64,000 bases of DNA from assembly GCA_012103575.1 (NCBI GenBank), contig WLWN01000001.1, positions 1,676,538 to 1,740,537 of the forward strand, written 5' to 3'. The stretch comes from Kiritimatiellia bacterium. Its GTDB lineage: Bacteria > Verrucomicrobiota > Kiritimatiellia > WLWN01. Positions within the stretch are counted from its first letter, which is position 1. Each line of letters starts with the position of its first letter. This document shows, piece by piece, positions 19,546 to 29,417 of this stretch. The position numbers and the translations under genes were made by a program. Under the pieces are notes generated by a model. That model did no database searches, had not been told where the DNA came from, and worked only from the letters and a program-made list of their open reading frames with translations.

Positions 19546-21201
19546 ATGCTAACCTCTTTGCGTATAAAAAACCTTGCTCTTGTCCAAGATCTTCGTATTC
19601 CGTTTCAATCGGGTCTTAATGTCATTACAGGAGAAACGGGCGCCGGTAAATCTATCCTGATGGGCGCTTTGAAATTGTTACTGGGTGAGCGGGCCGATAA
19701 ATCGGCGATTCGTTCGGGGGAAGATGCTTGCCTGGTCGACGCGGTGTTTGAATTTCCGTCCACCACATCATTCGATGCTCTTCTTGCAGAAAATGGGGTG
19801 GATATGTGTGAAGGAATGCAATTGGTTATCCGTCGCATTATTAAAGCCTCGGGTACGAGCCAAAACATGGTGAATGATTGTCCTGTTACCTTACAATTGC
19901 TTAAACGACTCGGGGCCCTATTAGTGGATATGTACGGTGTCTATGACCATCAATCTCTCTTACATACCGATACACAACTTGATATACTCGATGCCTTTGG
20001 CTGTATCGACAAAGAACGCAAAGCGTATGAAAAAAAATATCGCGATTTTTGGGCGCTTGAGAAACGCAAACAAGAACTTTTGCAAAACCATGAAGATGTG
20101 GAAGCGCAGATCGATTTACTATCCTATCGCGTAAAGGAAATTGAAGACGCGGCTTTAGCAGAAAATGAAGAAGAAAAAATTCGGCAAGAACATACGATAA
20201 TGGGTCATGCGCAACGTATTCTTGAATTATCGAATACAGCGCTCACGATGCTAACAGAAAACGAAGATTCTGTATTTAATACGTTAACCCATACGCAACG
20301 AATGCTAGATGAGTTAAGCCGACTGGTCCCCGACGCAGAGGATTGGAAACAGGAGCTTCATGGTTTAACGGTGCAGGAGTTGGGGACAACCATTCAGAGC
20401 TTTGTAAGTGGCATAGAAAGCGATCCTGCACGGTTACACTGGTTAGATGAACGATTAGCCTTGTATCAAAAAATGAAACGTAAACACGGGAACACTGTCT
20501 CTGAAATATTCGAAACCTTAGAAGCCTCAAAAAAACGCTTGAAAGATTTGAAAACTCGTAGCGAGCAGTTGGCTGATATAGAAAAAAATATGGAGCATAT
20601 TTATTCTCAGCTTGAACAGACAGGGAACATATTGAGAGATAAGCGCCAGCAGGTATCCGGGGGGCTTTCAAAGAACATTACAAAAGAGCTAAAAGAATTA
20701 GGATTTTCACATAGAGCCTTTCGTATCCGCTTAAGCGCAACGACTCCGCAAACGTCGGGCATGGATGAGATTGAATTTGAATTTGCGCCCAATGCAGGGG
20801 AGTCTCATTATCCTTTACGTGCGATTGCTTCTAGTGGCGAAATTTCTCGTGTGATGTTGGCTACAAAAGCCGTTTTGGCAAAACACGATAAAATCCCTTT
20901 GTTGGTCTTTGATGAAGTCGATGCGCATATCGGGGGCGAAATGGGTACTGCTGTTGGGTGTAAATTGTCAGAGATTTCAACGTATCATCAGGTGATTGTC
21001 ATTACGCATTTGCCACAAGTGGCCGTTTTTGGAAATACACACTTTGCGGTCAGCAAAGACGTAAAAGGAAACCGTACGTTTACGAATATTGAAACCATAG
21101 AAAAAGAGGGTCGTGTTGAAGAAATTGCACGGATGTTGGGAGGAAAGAAGATGACGGATGTAACCCTTCAACATGCACGTGAAATGCTCAAGCAGGCATA
21201 A
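19546..21201 (+). CDS. recN: DNA repair protein RecN
   Basis: N-terminal Walker A motif (GETGAGKS), a long coiled-coil middle region, and a C-terminal signature plus Walker B (LLVFDEVDAHIGG). Confidence 0.9.
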   Translation: MLTSLRIKNLALVQDLRIPFQSGLNVITGETGAGKSILMGALKLLLGERADKSAIRSGEDACLVDAVFEFPSTTSFDALLAENGVDMCEGMQLVIRRIIKASGTSQNMVNDCPVTLQLLKRLGALLVDMYGVYDHQSLLHTDTQLDILDAFGCIDKERKAYEKKYRDFWALEKRKQELLQNHEDVEAQIDLLSYRVKEIEDAALAENEEEKIRQEHTIMGHAQRILELSNTALTMLTENEDSVFNTLTHTQRMLDELSRLVPDAEDWKQELHGLTVQELGTTIQSFVSGIESDPARLHWLDERLALYQKMKRKHGNTVSEIFETLEASKKRLKDLKTRSEQLADIEKNMEHIYSQLEQTGNILRDKRQQVSGGLSKNITKELKELGFSHRAFRIRLSATTPQTSGMDEIEFEFAPNAGESHYPLRAIASSGEISRVMLATKAVLAKHDKIPLLVFDEVDAHIGGEMGTAVGCKLSEISTYHQVIVITHLPQVAVFGNTHFAVSKDVKGNRTFTNIETIEKEGRVEEIARMLGGKKMTDVTLQHAREMLKQA

Positions 21202-21216
21202 CCCCAGCCTTCATGC

Positions 21217-21522
21217 TTAATTTAAAATTAAGGGATAGAGCCTTTTGAGTCTGATCCGTGCATCTTCAGTGATAGAATGCCAATCCCGCGGTTGGCTTTT
21301 CTCATTTCGCCTCTGTGTCCAAGCAATCGCCTCTCGGCTTAAGGTCTCTCTATGAGCAAGGCGTCTGTCCAAACATTGACGCGATAAATGACTCAACTCT
21401 ATCTCGGCCATATTCAACCCACCCGTAAACTCCACCGCCCAAATCCTTGGGGTGGTGAAGAACAACACAACGCAATGAGATGGGCTTCCTATACATCGAG
21501 CAAGTTCTTGTGCGATATCCAC
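21217..21522 (-). CDS. Hypothetical small protein, possibly a degenerate transposase-related ORF
   Basis: 101-aa ORF with no clear motifs. It lies between recN and the iron-uptake genes. Confidence 0.25.
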   Translation of the reverse strand: MDIAQELARCIGSPSHCVVLFFTTPRIWAVEFTGGLNMAEIELSHLSRQCLDRRLAHRETLSREAIAWTQRRNEKSQPRDWHSITEDARIRLKRLYPLILN

Positions 21523-21525
21523 TCG

Positions 21526-22542
21526 TTACAAGATCCCCAACTCTTGAAGCAGTTGCAAAGTACCTTCTAAATCTTCTAAATCGCTGAGATCAATATTGGG
21601 TGCTTGAATGCTAGCGAGAGGAATAAGATTGGGGCTAGCAGGTACACCCGAAACCAAAGGGTATTCATGGGTTTCTTCTGCAAAATAGGTTTGGGATCTT
21701 TTAGAGAGCAAAAACGTTATAAAACGATTGGCGGATTCTTTTCTTTTTGATGAATCAAGAATCGAAATGCCTGCCACGTTTACCAGGGCACCTGGATCAC
21801 CGCTGTGTAAAACATAATTTTTTGCAGGAAACTGTTTTCCATGTTCAGCGATGAATCTAAAAAGGTAATAATGATTTACAAAACCTACATCAATTTCTCC
21901 AGCCCCAACAGCGGCCACAATCGGTGTGTTTTTGGGATACACGTTGGGTTCGTTCGCCTGTATGCACGTCAACCATTGTCGGGCTTTTTTGTTTCCTTGA
22001 GTAACGCGGAGGGCGGTAACAAAGGCCTGGAAAGACCCGTTTGCAGGCGCCCACCCGATTCGTTTTTTCCATGTGGGATCACAGAATCCGAAAATCGTTT
22101 GGGGTAAATCCTCCTTTTTTAAACGATCGGTGTTATAGACGATCACGCGGGCTCGTCCAGAAACACCGATCCAATTTCCGTGTTTAGAGCGAAAACGTTT
22201 GTCAACACGCTCCAGAAGATCATGAGGGAGGGGGGTAAGCCGATTTTCCTTTGCTAACGCTCCCAGTGCACCGGCATCTTGAGCAAAAAACAGGTCAGCG
22301 GGGGAACGGGTTCCTTCTTCAAGAAGGGTGGCAGTAAGCTCCGCTGTTTTCCCGTATCGTACACGGACATCTATTTGGGTTTCTTCTTCAAACTTCTTGA
22401 TTAAGGGGCCTACAAGAGTTTCGCTTCGCCCACAATAAAGAATCAGTGCTTTATCTCTTTCTGCTTGTGAAGCCGCCAAAGAGCATAGGAGCCCGCAGGT
22501 TGTATAGATGAGAGGTCGTAAAAAAGAGAGTCTACTTTTCAT
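21526..22542 (-). CDS. Fe3+ ABC transporter periplasmic substrate-binding protein (FbpA/AfuA family)
   Basis: A signal peptide (MKSRLSFLRPLIYTTCGLLCSLAASQA) precedes an SBP fold. The start was chosen at the internal Met to avoid overlap with the upstream regulator. The gene is adjacent to an iron-type permease and ATPase. Confidence 0.75.
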   Translation of the reverse strand: MKSRLSFLRPLIYTTCGLLCSLAASQAERDKALILYCGRSETLVGPLIKKFEEETQIDVRVRYGKTAELTATLLEEGTRSPADLFFAQDAGALGALAKENRLTPLPHDLLERVDKRFRSKHGNWIGVSGRARVIVYNTDRLKKEDLPQTIFGFCDPTWKKRIGWAPANGSFQAFVTALRVTQGNKKARQWLTCIQANEPNVYPKNTPIVAAVGAGEIDVGFVNHYYLFRFIAEHGKQFPAKNYVLHSGDPGALVNVAGISILDSSKRKESANRFITFLLSKRSQTYFAEETHEYPLVSGVPASPNLIPLASIQAPNIDLSDLEDLEGTLQLLQELGIL

Positions 22543-22543
22543 G

Positions 22544-23113
22544 TTATCCTGTTTTTGTTTTAGGTGTTTCAAGGAAGCAAATCGTCTGGCACACTTCGCA
22601 TGCTTCCGCATTATGTGTACACGATATGTTATTTTCTTTTCGGAGCGCTTTCAGAAAATCTTTGGCCACTTTTTTGTCCGACGAAATAAAACGGATCAAA
22701 TTTTGAAGAGCCATACTGTTTTCTAAGCTCAGTAGATGCTCAATTTTACACGCATCAATTTCAGCTTGTTCGGGGCTTACACCTAATACATTTTTGAACA
22801 AAGTTTCGAGAAGTTCACCGTTATGTTCCACGATTTCTGCAAGGCGTTTTCCTTCCTTAGAAAGGGAAAGGAATTTGTTTTCGTCTTCTTTTATAACCCC
22901 TCTTTTCTTCAAGGGTTTTAGACTAATAGAACAGCTCCCACGAGTAGTGTTTAACCGCTTGGCAATGTCGGTTACGCGTGCGTACCCCTGTGTATCCAAA
23001 AGTTCATGGATAGTCATTAAATAGTGCGCGGCACTATGTGTTAACGAGTTTTCTTCAAACGATTTCCATACGGCTGTAGACATAAACGATCCTTTTGACA
23101 AATTTTTTATCAT
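22544..23113 (-). CDS. DtxR/MntR-family metal-dependent transcriptional regulator
   Basis: An N-terminal wHTH (AAHYLMTIHELLDTQGYARVTDIAKRLNTTRGSCSISLKPLKKRGVI) is followed by a dimerisation/metal-binding region (EQAEIDACKIEH) and a Cys-rich C-terminus. Confidence 0.7.
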   Translation of the reverse strand: MIKNLSKGSFMSTAVWKSFEENSLTHSAAHYLMTIHELLDTQGYARVTDIAKRLNTTRGSCSISLKPLKKRGVIKEDENKFLSLSKEGKRLAEIVEHNGELLETLFKNVLGVSPEQAEIDACKIEHLLSLENSMALQNLIRFISSDKKVAKDFLKALRKENNISCTHNAEACEVCQTICFLETPKTKTG

Positions 23114-23312
23114 CTAATATTTGACATTATATGCCGAATCATATTTTGTGTTATAAACCATTTGTTTTATAGGTCAATCAAAATCTAGAACCTTAAGAAT
23201 TTTACACTTAATTCAGCGATCGCTTGTTTAAATGTAAGGTTTGGGAAGAGGCTTTGATGTAATACAATGGGGGTTAAAGATTCTACGCCGAGGCCCAATG
23301 CATTCGCTCGGG

Positions 23313-23585
23313 TTAACTTAAAGGCTCTTTTTGCTCAATAATAACGGGGAGTTCTTTTGATTTTTCTGCATTTAACGAAATATAGTGTTTCCATTTAGAA
23401 GGTACGCTTCCGACCTCAAAAATGGCGTCAACGGGACATTCAGGGATACAGGCCCCGCAATCAATACATTCATCTGGATCAATCCAAAGTGTTTTCTCAT
23501 CTTCATGGAAACAGTCCACAGGGCAAACCGTCACACAAATGGTATTTTTGCATCCATAACATGGTTCTGTAATAATATGTGGCAT
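23313..23585 (-). CDS. fdxA: 7Fe-type ferredoxin (FdxA-like; one [3Fe-4S] and one [4Fe-4S] motif)
   Basis: [56 protein letters not shown] matches the Azotobacter-type FdxA cysteine pattern. Confidence 0.8.
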   Translation of the reverse strand: MPHIITEPCYGCKNTICVTVCPVDCFHEDEKTLWIDPDECIDCGACIPECPVDAIFEVGSVPSKWKHYISLNAEKSKELPVIIEQKEPLS

Positions 23586-23673
23586 ATATTATATCCTATT
23601 CGTAAGGCATGTGACTGTTAAAAAAAGATGAGGATACGGGCCGGCAAATAATTTTCAATCTTTATATTGCTCA

Positions 23674-25287
23674 ATGAAAAAAAAATCTACATTCAATAAT
23701 TGTTTATGGATAAAGAGACCTTGTCTTCCTCTATACCTTTGGATTCCTCCTATACTGGTTCTTTGTGCTTCTTTTCTTCCTCTGGTCTATTTGATCATTC
23801 GAACAATAGGGGTGGACTCTCAGCTCCTTGACACGCTCTTACGTCCTCGCGTATTCGAGGTTCTTCTCAATAGTGTTGGCTTGGCCTTGGCGGTGACGGT
23901 AAGCGGTTGCATGTTGGGTTTCTTTCTTGCCTGGTTAACCACGCGTACGGATTTGCCGGCCAAAAAATTTTGGACCATTATATTGTCATTACCGCTTGTC
24001 TTGCCCTCTTATGTGGGCGCCTTTGCTTGGGTGGCCGCTTTAGGCCCTCGCGGCCTATTGCAAGGATGGCTCGAACCGTTTGGGGTAGAACGGCTTCCTT
24101 CGCTTTATGGCTTTTGGGGCGCTTGGATTATTCTTTCTTTGTTTTCATACCCCTATGTTTTATTGACGGTTCGTGCTGGATTCCGCGGGATTGATGCTTC
24201 GTTGGAAGATGTGGCACGGAGTCTTGGGAAAAATTCTTTTCAGGTCTTTCGCGAGATTTTGTTTCCGCAACTATGGCCAGCCATTCACGCAGGTGCGTTG
24301 CTCATTGCGTTATATACACTCAGTGATTTTGGTGCGGTGTCCCTTCTTCAATTCAATTCGTTTACGCAAGCTATATATAGCCAGTATATCGGGTCGTTTA
24401 ACCGCGGTGTAGCTGCTGTTTTAGCATGCGTCTTAGTTCTTTTGACGCTTTTGATTTTACTATTTCAGTTTAGAATTGGAGGACGATCGCGCTATTACAG
24501 AAGCAGCGCGGGGGCCCTGCGACGTGTACCGTGTGTGTCTTTGGGAAAATGGCGTTATCCCGCTCTTTTTTTCTGCGGAAGTATTGGTATCTTTGCACTA
24601 GGTCTCCCTGTAATGGTTATCAGCTATTGGCTTATTCGTGGTTGGATCCACCATCAATCCGTTTTATTTGGCGCAGAGATTGTTTGGAACTCTGTATCGG
24701 CTTCGGGCCTAGCGGCGTTGGTGGCTGTGATTGCTGCGCTTCCTATTGTGATATTGGCGGTCCGGCATGCGCGACGTTCTACACAATGGTTGGAACGGAG
24801 TACGTATATAGGACATGCATTGCCGGGTATCGTGATTGCCTTTTCATTAGTGTTCTTTGGAGTCCGGTATGTACCTTTTCTTTACCAAACGCTTTTTATG
24901 TTGATTTTTGCTTATGTTGTACATTTTTTGCCGCACGCGGTTGGAAGTATTCGTTCTTCTATGTTGCAAATAAGCCCTCGCCTAGAAGATGCGGCACGGA
25001 ACTTAGGGAAAAAACCGTTCCACGTTTTTTCTTCGCTTACCCTCCCTTTACTTAAACCCGGATTGCTTTCAGGTTTTGCATTAGTCTTTTTATCGTGTAT
25101 GAAAGAATTGCCAGCAACATTATTGTTGGGGCCGATAGAATTTCAAACGTTAGCTACAAAGATCTGGAATGCAACAGAAGATGCTTTTTTTGCAAAAGCC
25201 GCTGGACCGGCTCTGATTCTTGTGCTTGTTTCAGCCATGTCCATTTGGATTATTTTTTCACAGGAAGAGAGTGAAAAAGGAAGATGA
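23674..25287 (+). CDS. Iron(III) ABC transporter permease (two fused transmembrane domains, FbpB-like)
   Basis: 537 aa with two repeats of a six-TM ABC permease, including the EAA-like motifs (LEDVARSLGKNSF and LEDAARNLGKKPF). Confidence 0.8.
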   Translation: MKKKSTFNNCLWIKRPCLPLYLWIPPILVLCASFLPLVYLIIRTIGVDSQLLDTLLRPRVFEVLLNSVGLALAVTVSGCMLGFFLAWLTTRTDLPAKKFWTIILSLPLVLPSYVGAFAWVAALGPRGLLQGWLEPFGVERLPSLYGFWGAWIILSLFSYPYVLLTVRAGFRGIDASLEDVARSLGKNSFQVFREILFPQLWPAIHAGALLIALYTLSDFGAVSLLQFNSFTQAIYSQYIGSFNRGVAAVLACVLVLLTLLILLFQFRIGGRSRYYRSSAGALRRVPCVSLGKWRYPALFFCGSIGIFALGLPVMVISYWLIRGWIHHQSVLFGAEIVWNSVSASGLAALVAVIAALPIVILAVRHARRSTQWLERSTYIGHALPGIVIAFSLVFFGVRYVPFLYQTLFMLIFAYVVHFLPHAVGSIRSSMLQISPRLEDAARNLGKKPFHVFSSLTLPLLKPGLLSGFALVFLSCMKELPATLLLGPIEFQTLATKIWNATEDAFFAKAAGPALILVLVSAMSIWIIFSQEESEKGR

Positions 25288-25313
25288 AAGATAAAGGCGA
25301 GGAAGAAGGTAGA

Positions 25314-26420
25314 ATGCTGAATACTGAACACAGAAAGACAAAAACAGCGATTTGTTGTGAGAATCTCTGTAGAATCTTCGGAGAGGTTCCCGCTGTTTGT
25401 GGAGCTCATCTTGACGTGAACCCCGGCACCTTTTTTGCTTTATTAGGGCCTAGTGGATGCGGGAAAACAACGGTATTGCGTATGATCGCAGGGCTAGAGA
25501 TTCCCGATGGGGGTGAAATCAAAGTGGGACAACGTGTCGTCGCTTCTCACAACAGGAATGTTTCTCCTGAAAAACGTAAAGTGGGGATGGTTTTTCAAGA
25601 GTATGCTCTTTTTCCTCATATGACCGTTGCTGAGAATGTCCAGTATGGTCTTGGCCGTTGCGATGATAAAAAAATGCGTTCCCAAGAAGTTTTGCATTTA
25701 GTGGGGTTAGAAGGAGTTGAAACACGTATGCCTCATGAGTTGTCAGGAGGACAGCAACAACGCGTGGCGCTGGCCCGTGCGTTGGCGCCTAAACCAGACG
25801 TCCTTCTTTTAGATGAACCTTTTTCTAATTTGGATGCGGCATTGCGTAATCGTGTTCGGACCGATGTCAGGCATATTTTGCGTCAAACAAAAGTAACGAC
25901 CCTCTTTGTTACACACGATCAAGAAGAGGCGCTGAGTCTTGCCGATGAAATGGCGGTTATGATGAACGGTAAAATTATTCAAACCGACACGCCTCAAAAC
26001 TTATATCGGTACCCTGCTTCTCATCAAGTAGCGACGTTTTTGGGCGATGCAAATTTCTTGCCAGGAAGAGGTAGAGGTCAAGAGGTTGAATGTGAGCTGG
26101 GTTCTTTTGCTACCCAAAACTCTTGTTCCCATGAGGTAGAAGTCATGTTTCGTCCGGAGGATTTGGAATTGATCGTTGATGCCCAGGGCCCTGGAGAGGT
26201 TGTTGACATCGAATATTTTGGTCATGATCAACTTCTCCATGTCCAGCTTGATTCCGGGACACGCCTCAAAAGTCGTTTTGTAGGCTCTAATGGGGGCCTG
26301 ATCCCCGGTTCACGTGTGCAGGTACGAGTCCACGAAAAGGTTATAACGTATCCGTCCCCTTATGGATGCCCGATCAATCAGAAGACAGAGGTCAGGGGGC
26401 AGGGAGCAGAGATCCCTTAA
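25314..26420 (+). CDS. ABC transporter ATP-binding protein (FbpC/PotA-like, with a C-terminal TOBE-like domain)
   Basis: Walker A (GPSGCGKTT), the signature LSGGQQQRVALARAL, Walker B (LLLDEPFSNLD) and a C-terminal extension. Confidence 0.85.
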   Translation: MLNTEHRKTKTAICCENLCRIFGEVPAVCGAHLDVNPGTFFALLGPSGCGKTTVLRMIAGLEIPDGGEIKVGQRVVASHNRNVSPEKRKVGMVFQEYALFPHMTVAENVQYGLGRCDDKKMRSQEVLHLVGLEGVETRMPHELSGGQQQRVALARALAPKPDVLLLDEPFSNLDAALRNRVRTDVRHILRQTKVTTLFVTHDQEEALSLADEMAVMMNGKIIQTDTPQNLYRYPASHQVATFLGDANFLPGRGRGQEVECELGSFATQNSCSHEVEVMFRPEDLELIVDAQGPGEVVDIEYFGHDQLLHVQLDSGTRLKSRFVGSNGGLIPGSRVQVRVHEKVITYPSPYGCPINQKTEVRGQGAEIP

Positions 26421-27507
26421 GTACCTCTGACCTCTGTTCCCCGGACGTCTCAATCTGTTCTATGGCCCAGGCGGCATGCTCACGAATGAGGGGTTCGGGA
26501 TCTTCGGCGGCTTTCTTTAAAACGGGTATGGCCTCTGTATTCCCCCAGTTTCCGAGTGCAACGGCGGCGTTACGGAGCAATCCTCTGCGCTTTGTTCGTG
26601 TGATGGGACTGCCTTTAAACCGTTTCTTGAAATCATCATTATCGAATTTGATAAGATCCATCAGGCGAGGTGCCGCAAAATCAGGATCATATTCTAAGAA
26701 TCGTGTTTGGCCTGGTTTAGAATAGCGTCGCACCCAAGGACACATCTCTTGGCACGCATCGCACCCATAAATCCAGTTTTTCATAAGAGGTCGAAGCTTT
26801 AGGGGAATGGAACCTTTTAACTCGATCGTTAGGTAGGAAATACATAATTTGCTATTTAAAATATAGGGTACAGGAAAGGCATGTGTGGGACAGACGTCAA
26901 GGCACCGTCGGCAGTTCCCACAGGTTCCAATCTGCGCTTTATGGTCCGATTCTGTAGAGGATGGTGGTTCGTCAAAATCAAGTTCTAGATCCGTAATGAT
27001 TTCTCCAAGGAATACATAGGAACCAAGATCCGGATGAATCAACAAGGTGTTCTTTCCTACAAACCCCAAACCGGCTTGTGAGGCGATGTCCCGTTCAAGA
27101 ACAGGTCCGGTATCTACATAATAACGCGTCTTTATCTCCTCGCCTGCTTCGTGCTGGATAAAAACACTTAGCGTCTTGAGCATCGGCTCTATGACATCAT
27201 GGTAATCTTGTCCCCATGCATATCGTGCAATACGTCCTCGTGAGGGATCATTCCAAATTTCAGGTTGGGGGTTCTTAATAAAATAACTCAATCCAACAGA
27301 AATAACAGACTGGGCTTGAGGGAGCACTTTTGTTGGGTTAGATCGACGCTCTGGGTCATTCGCGAGCCATTTCATGTTCCCGTGGAAACCTTGTTTGAGC
27401 CATTTATAATAATCATGGGCTCGAGGTGATTGGTGGGCTGGAGATACGCCTACAAAATCAAAACCAAGCTCTATGGCTTTATACTTAATACGGTCTGTTA
27501 ATTTCAT
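26392..27507 (-). CDS. queG: tRNA epoxyqueuosine reductase
   Basis: MKLTDRIKYKAIELGFDFVGVS at the N-terminus, two 4Fe-4S ferredoxin cysteine clusters (CGNCRRCLDVCP and CDACQEMCP), and C-terminal HEAT-like repeats. Confidence 0.8.
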   Translation of the reverse strand: MKLTDRIKYKAIELGFDFVGVSPAHQSPRAHDYYKWLKQGFHGNMKWLANDPERRSNPTKVLPQAQSVISVGLSYFIKNPQPEIWNDPSRGRIARYAWGQDYHDVIEPMLKTLSVFIQHEAGEEIKTRYYVDTGPVLERDIASQAGLGFVGKNTLLIHPDLGSYVFLGEIITDLELDFDEPPSSTESDHKAQIGTCGNCRRCLDVCPTHAFPVPYILNSKLCISYLTIELKGSIPLKLRPLMKNWIYGCDACQEMCPWVRRYSKPGQTRFLEYDPDFAAPRLMDLIKFDNDDFKKRFKGSPITRTKRRGLLRNAAVALGNWGNTEAIPVLKKAAEDPEPLIREHAAWAIEQIETSGEQRSEVLKGSLLPAP

Positions 27508-27611
27508 GAGGAAATTATGTTTGACATGTAAAACAAATGATTTATAGTCCGCCGAAATATAACTCGAGAGTTTTCGTTTAGTGTTCAATAACAAGGAGAA
27601 AAGTTAACACA

Positions 27612-28271
27612 TTGAAGATATATCTTAAAAGAATACTTGCCCTGACTTTTTTTGTTTCTTTAACCACAAACGGTTTGTCTGCTGATGATGGCGATTGGCA
27701 AATATGGTTTGATCAAAGCATGGAGGGTAAGCTTTCTTCATCGTTAAAAACAAAGATGAATCAGCAATTAAAGTGGGGTGACCATGCGGGAGAACTGGTT
27801 GAATATAACGTTGAGCTTGGTTTAACGACAAAGCTGAGTAGTTGGTTTGACCTGGCCCTTTTCTATCGACAACAATATGAAAAAAAGGGAGCCGATTGGT
27901 TAGAAGAAAACCGTCCTCACCTAAACGGGACCATTAAATGGAAGTGGAACGACATCTCCTTTTCAGATCGTAGTCGTGTTGAACTTAGGATTAAAGAAAA
28001 TAAAAACGATATTGTACGGTATAGGAATAAAATAACCGTTACATGCCCAAAGACCTGGACAAAATTCAACATTCAAAAATATATCGCTGACGAAATTTTC
28101 ATCGATTCCGACAAAGGAGAGCTTAATCGAAACCGTTTGTATGTGGGGTTAAAAGCAAAGCCTCATGAACATCTTAAAGCCGATGTATATGGGTTGTGGC
28201 AGACTTCAGAAAAAAGCGACGAATGGACTGATGTTTACGTTGTGGGAGCAAAGTTAGGCATTGTTTTTTAG
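27612..28271 (+). CDS. Hypothetical secreted or outer-membrane protein (DUF2490-like)
   Basis: A signal peptide is followed by alternating amphipathic beta-strand-like segments. The start is a TTG. Confidence 0.4.
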   Translation: MKIYLKRILALTFFVSLTTNGLSADDGDWQIWFDQSMEGKLSSSLKTKMNQQLKWGDHAGELVEYNVELGLTTKLSSWFDLALFYRQQYEKKGADWLEENRPHLNGTIKWKWNDISFSDRSRVELRIKENKNDIVRYRNKITVTCPKTWTKFNIQKYIADEIFIDSDKGELNRNRLYVGLKAKPHEHLKADVYGLWQTSEKSDEWTDVYVVGAKLGIVF

Positions 28272-28446
28272 AAGAAGTTCAGGTTTTCTGAAAACGCTAC
28301 TTGGACCTTCGTCAAAAGCGCGAATTCAAGTAGTAAGTGCAATATTCTTTGAGATAAGAGAAATGAAAACTTTATTGAACATTTGGTTAGGAGTTTTGTA
28401 TCCACGGGTTTTTCTGGGTCTATTATTAGAGCGCTTCACGATTGAG

Positions 28447-29417
28447 GTGTCGCGATGTAGCACGAAGAAAACCAGCCGATTACCTCGTCGGGAGAAACCT
28501 CTTCGAACGCTTGTGTGAGCGCTTCAGATAGTTCCTGCGGGCTGCAAGGCTGCCCAACCGATTCTTTATCTTGCCCCACATTTTTTCAATGGGGTTGGAA
28601 TCGGGGCTGTAGGGTGGAAGGAATCTTACATGGGCCCCACATGACTCAATGAGTTTAATGACCTTGGGATTGTGATGGACGCGAAGATTGTCCATGATGA
28701 CGATGTCTTCAGGTGAAAGAGTCGGGAGAAAAACCCGGCGAATATATTCTCCAAAAACAGCCGTGTCTGTCGCCCCCTCCCTCTCCATGGCCGCTGTTGT
28801 TCCGTCCAGGCGGACTGAAAAAATCAAGGTGGTGGTACACCAATGTCCATGAGGCGTTTTGGCAAAAAGCCTGTTCCCGCCCAACGCCCGGCCCCGCAGA
28901 CAAGTCATATTCGTTTTCGCCCCGGATTCATCAATAAAGACAAGGCGACTTGGATCAAGTTTGGCTACCTCTTGGATCCACTGCTTTCTCAAGAGATTTA
29001 CATCCGCCCGGTCTTGCTCGCTGGCGTGAAGCGTTTCTTTTATACCGGCAGCCCAACCGATTCAACGCCCGCTGTACGGCCATGATCGACCCCTTCACGC
29101 CGCTCATGTTCTTGAGTTCTTCAAGCGTTGCATCGGGATGTTTGCCCCCCAGTTGAGCCAACGCCTTGAGCTGCTCGCTGTAGAGGGCCTGACGATGCCC
29201 ACGCGGTCGGGGAGCGGTCTGTCCGGTTTCGTTGAAACGAGAGAGCCCACGCTGAAACGTTCTAAGATCTACACGATAAGAAGATACGATATCGGCCTGG
29301 GAACCTTTGCCCATTTTGTAGGCATCTATCGCACGCCGCCGGATTTCTGCTGTTGCTATACTCATGTCATGGAGCATAGATCTTCTAAAGAGGCATTTCA
29401 ATCGTTAAATGCTCTAG
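28447..29417 (-). mobile_element. IS630/Tc1-family insertion sequence, copy 1 (degenerate)
   Basis: Ends TAGAGCGCTTCACGATTGAG and CAATCGTTAAATGCTCTAG form terminal inverted repeats next to TA. The transposase frames (28480-28992 and 28955-29401) are frameshifted and carry the DDE region HWCTTTLI...VRLDGT. A second copy lies at 45006-45949. Confidence 0.7.

Noticed and set aside
21201-21260. AT-rich palindrome cttaatttaaaattaag after recN as a terminator
   Set aside because: The stem is too AT-rich and short to call an intrinsic terminator by eye.
28261-28518. 85-aa ORF downstream of the outer-membrane-like gene
   Set aside because: It runs into the IS630 terminal repeat and has no motifs. 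It is probably a chance ORF created by the insertion.
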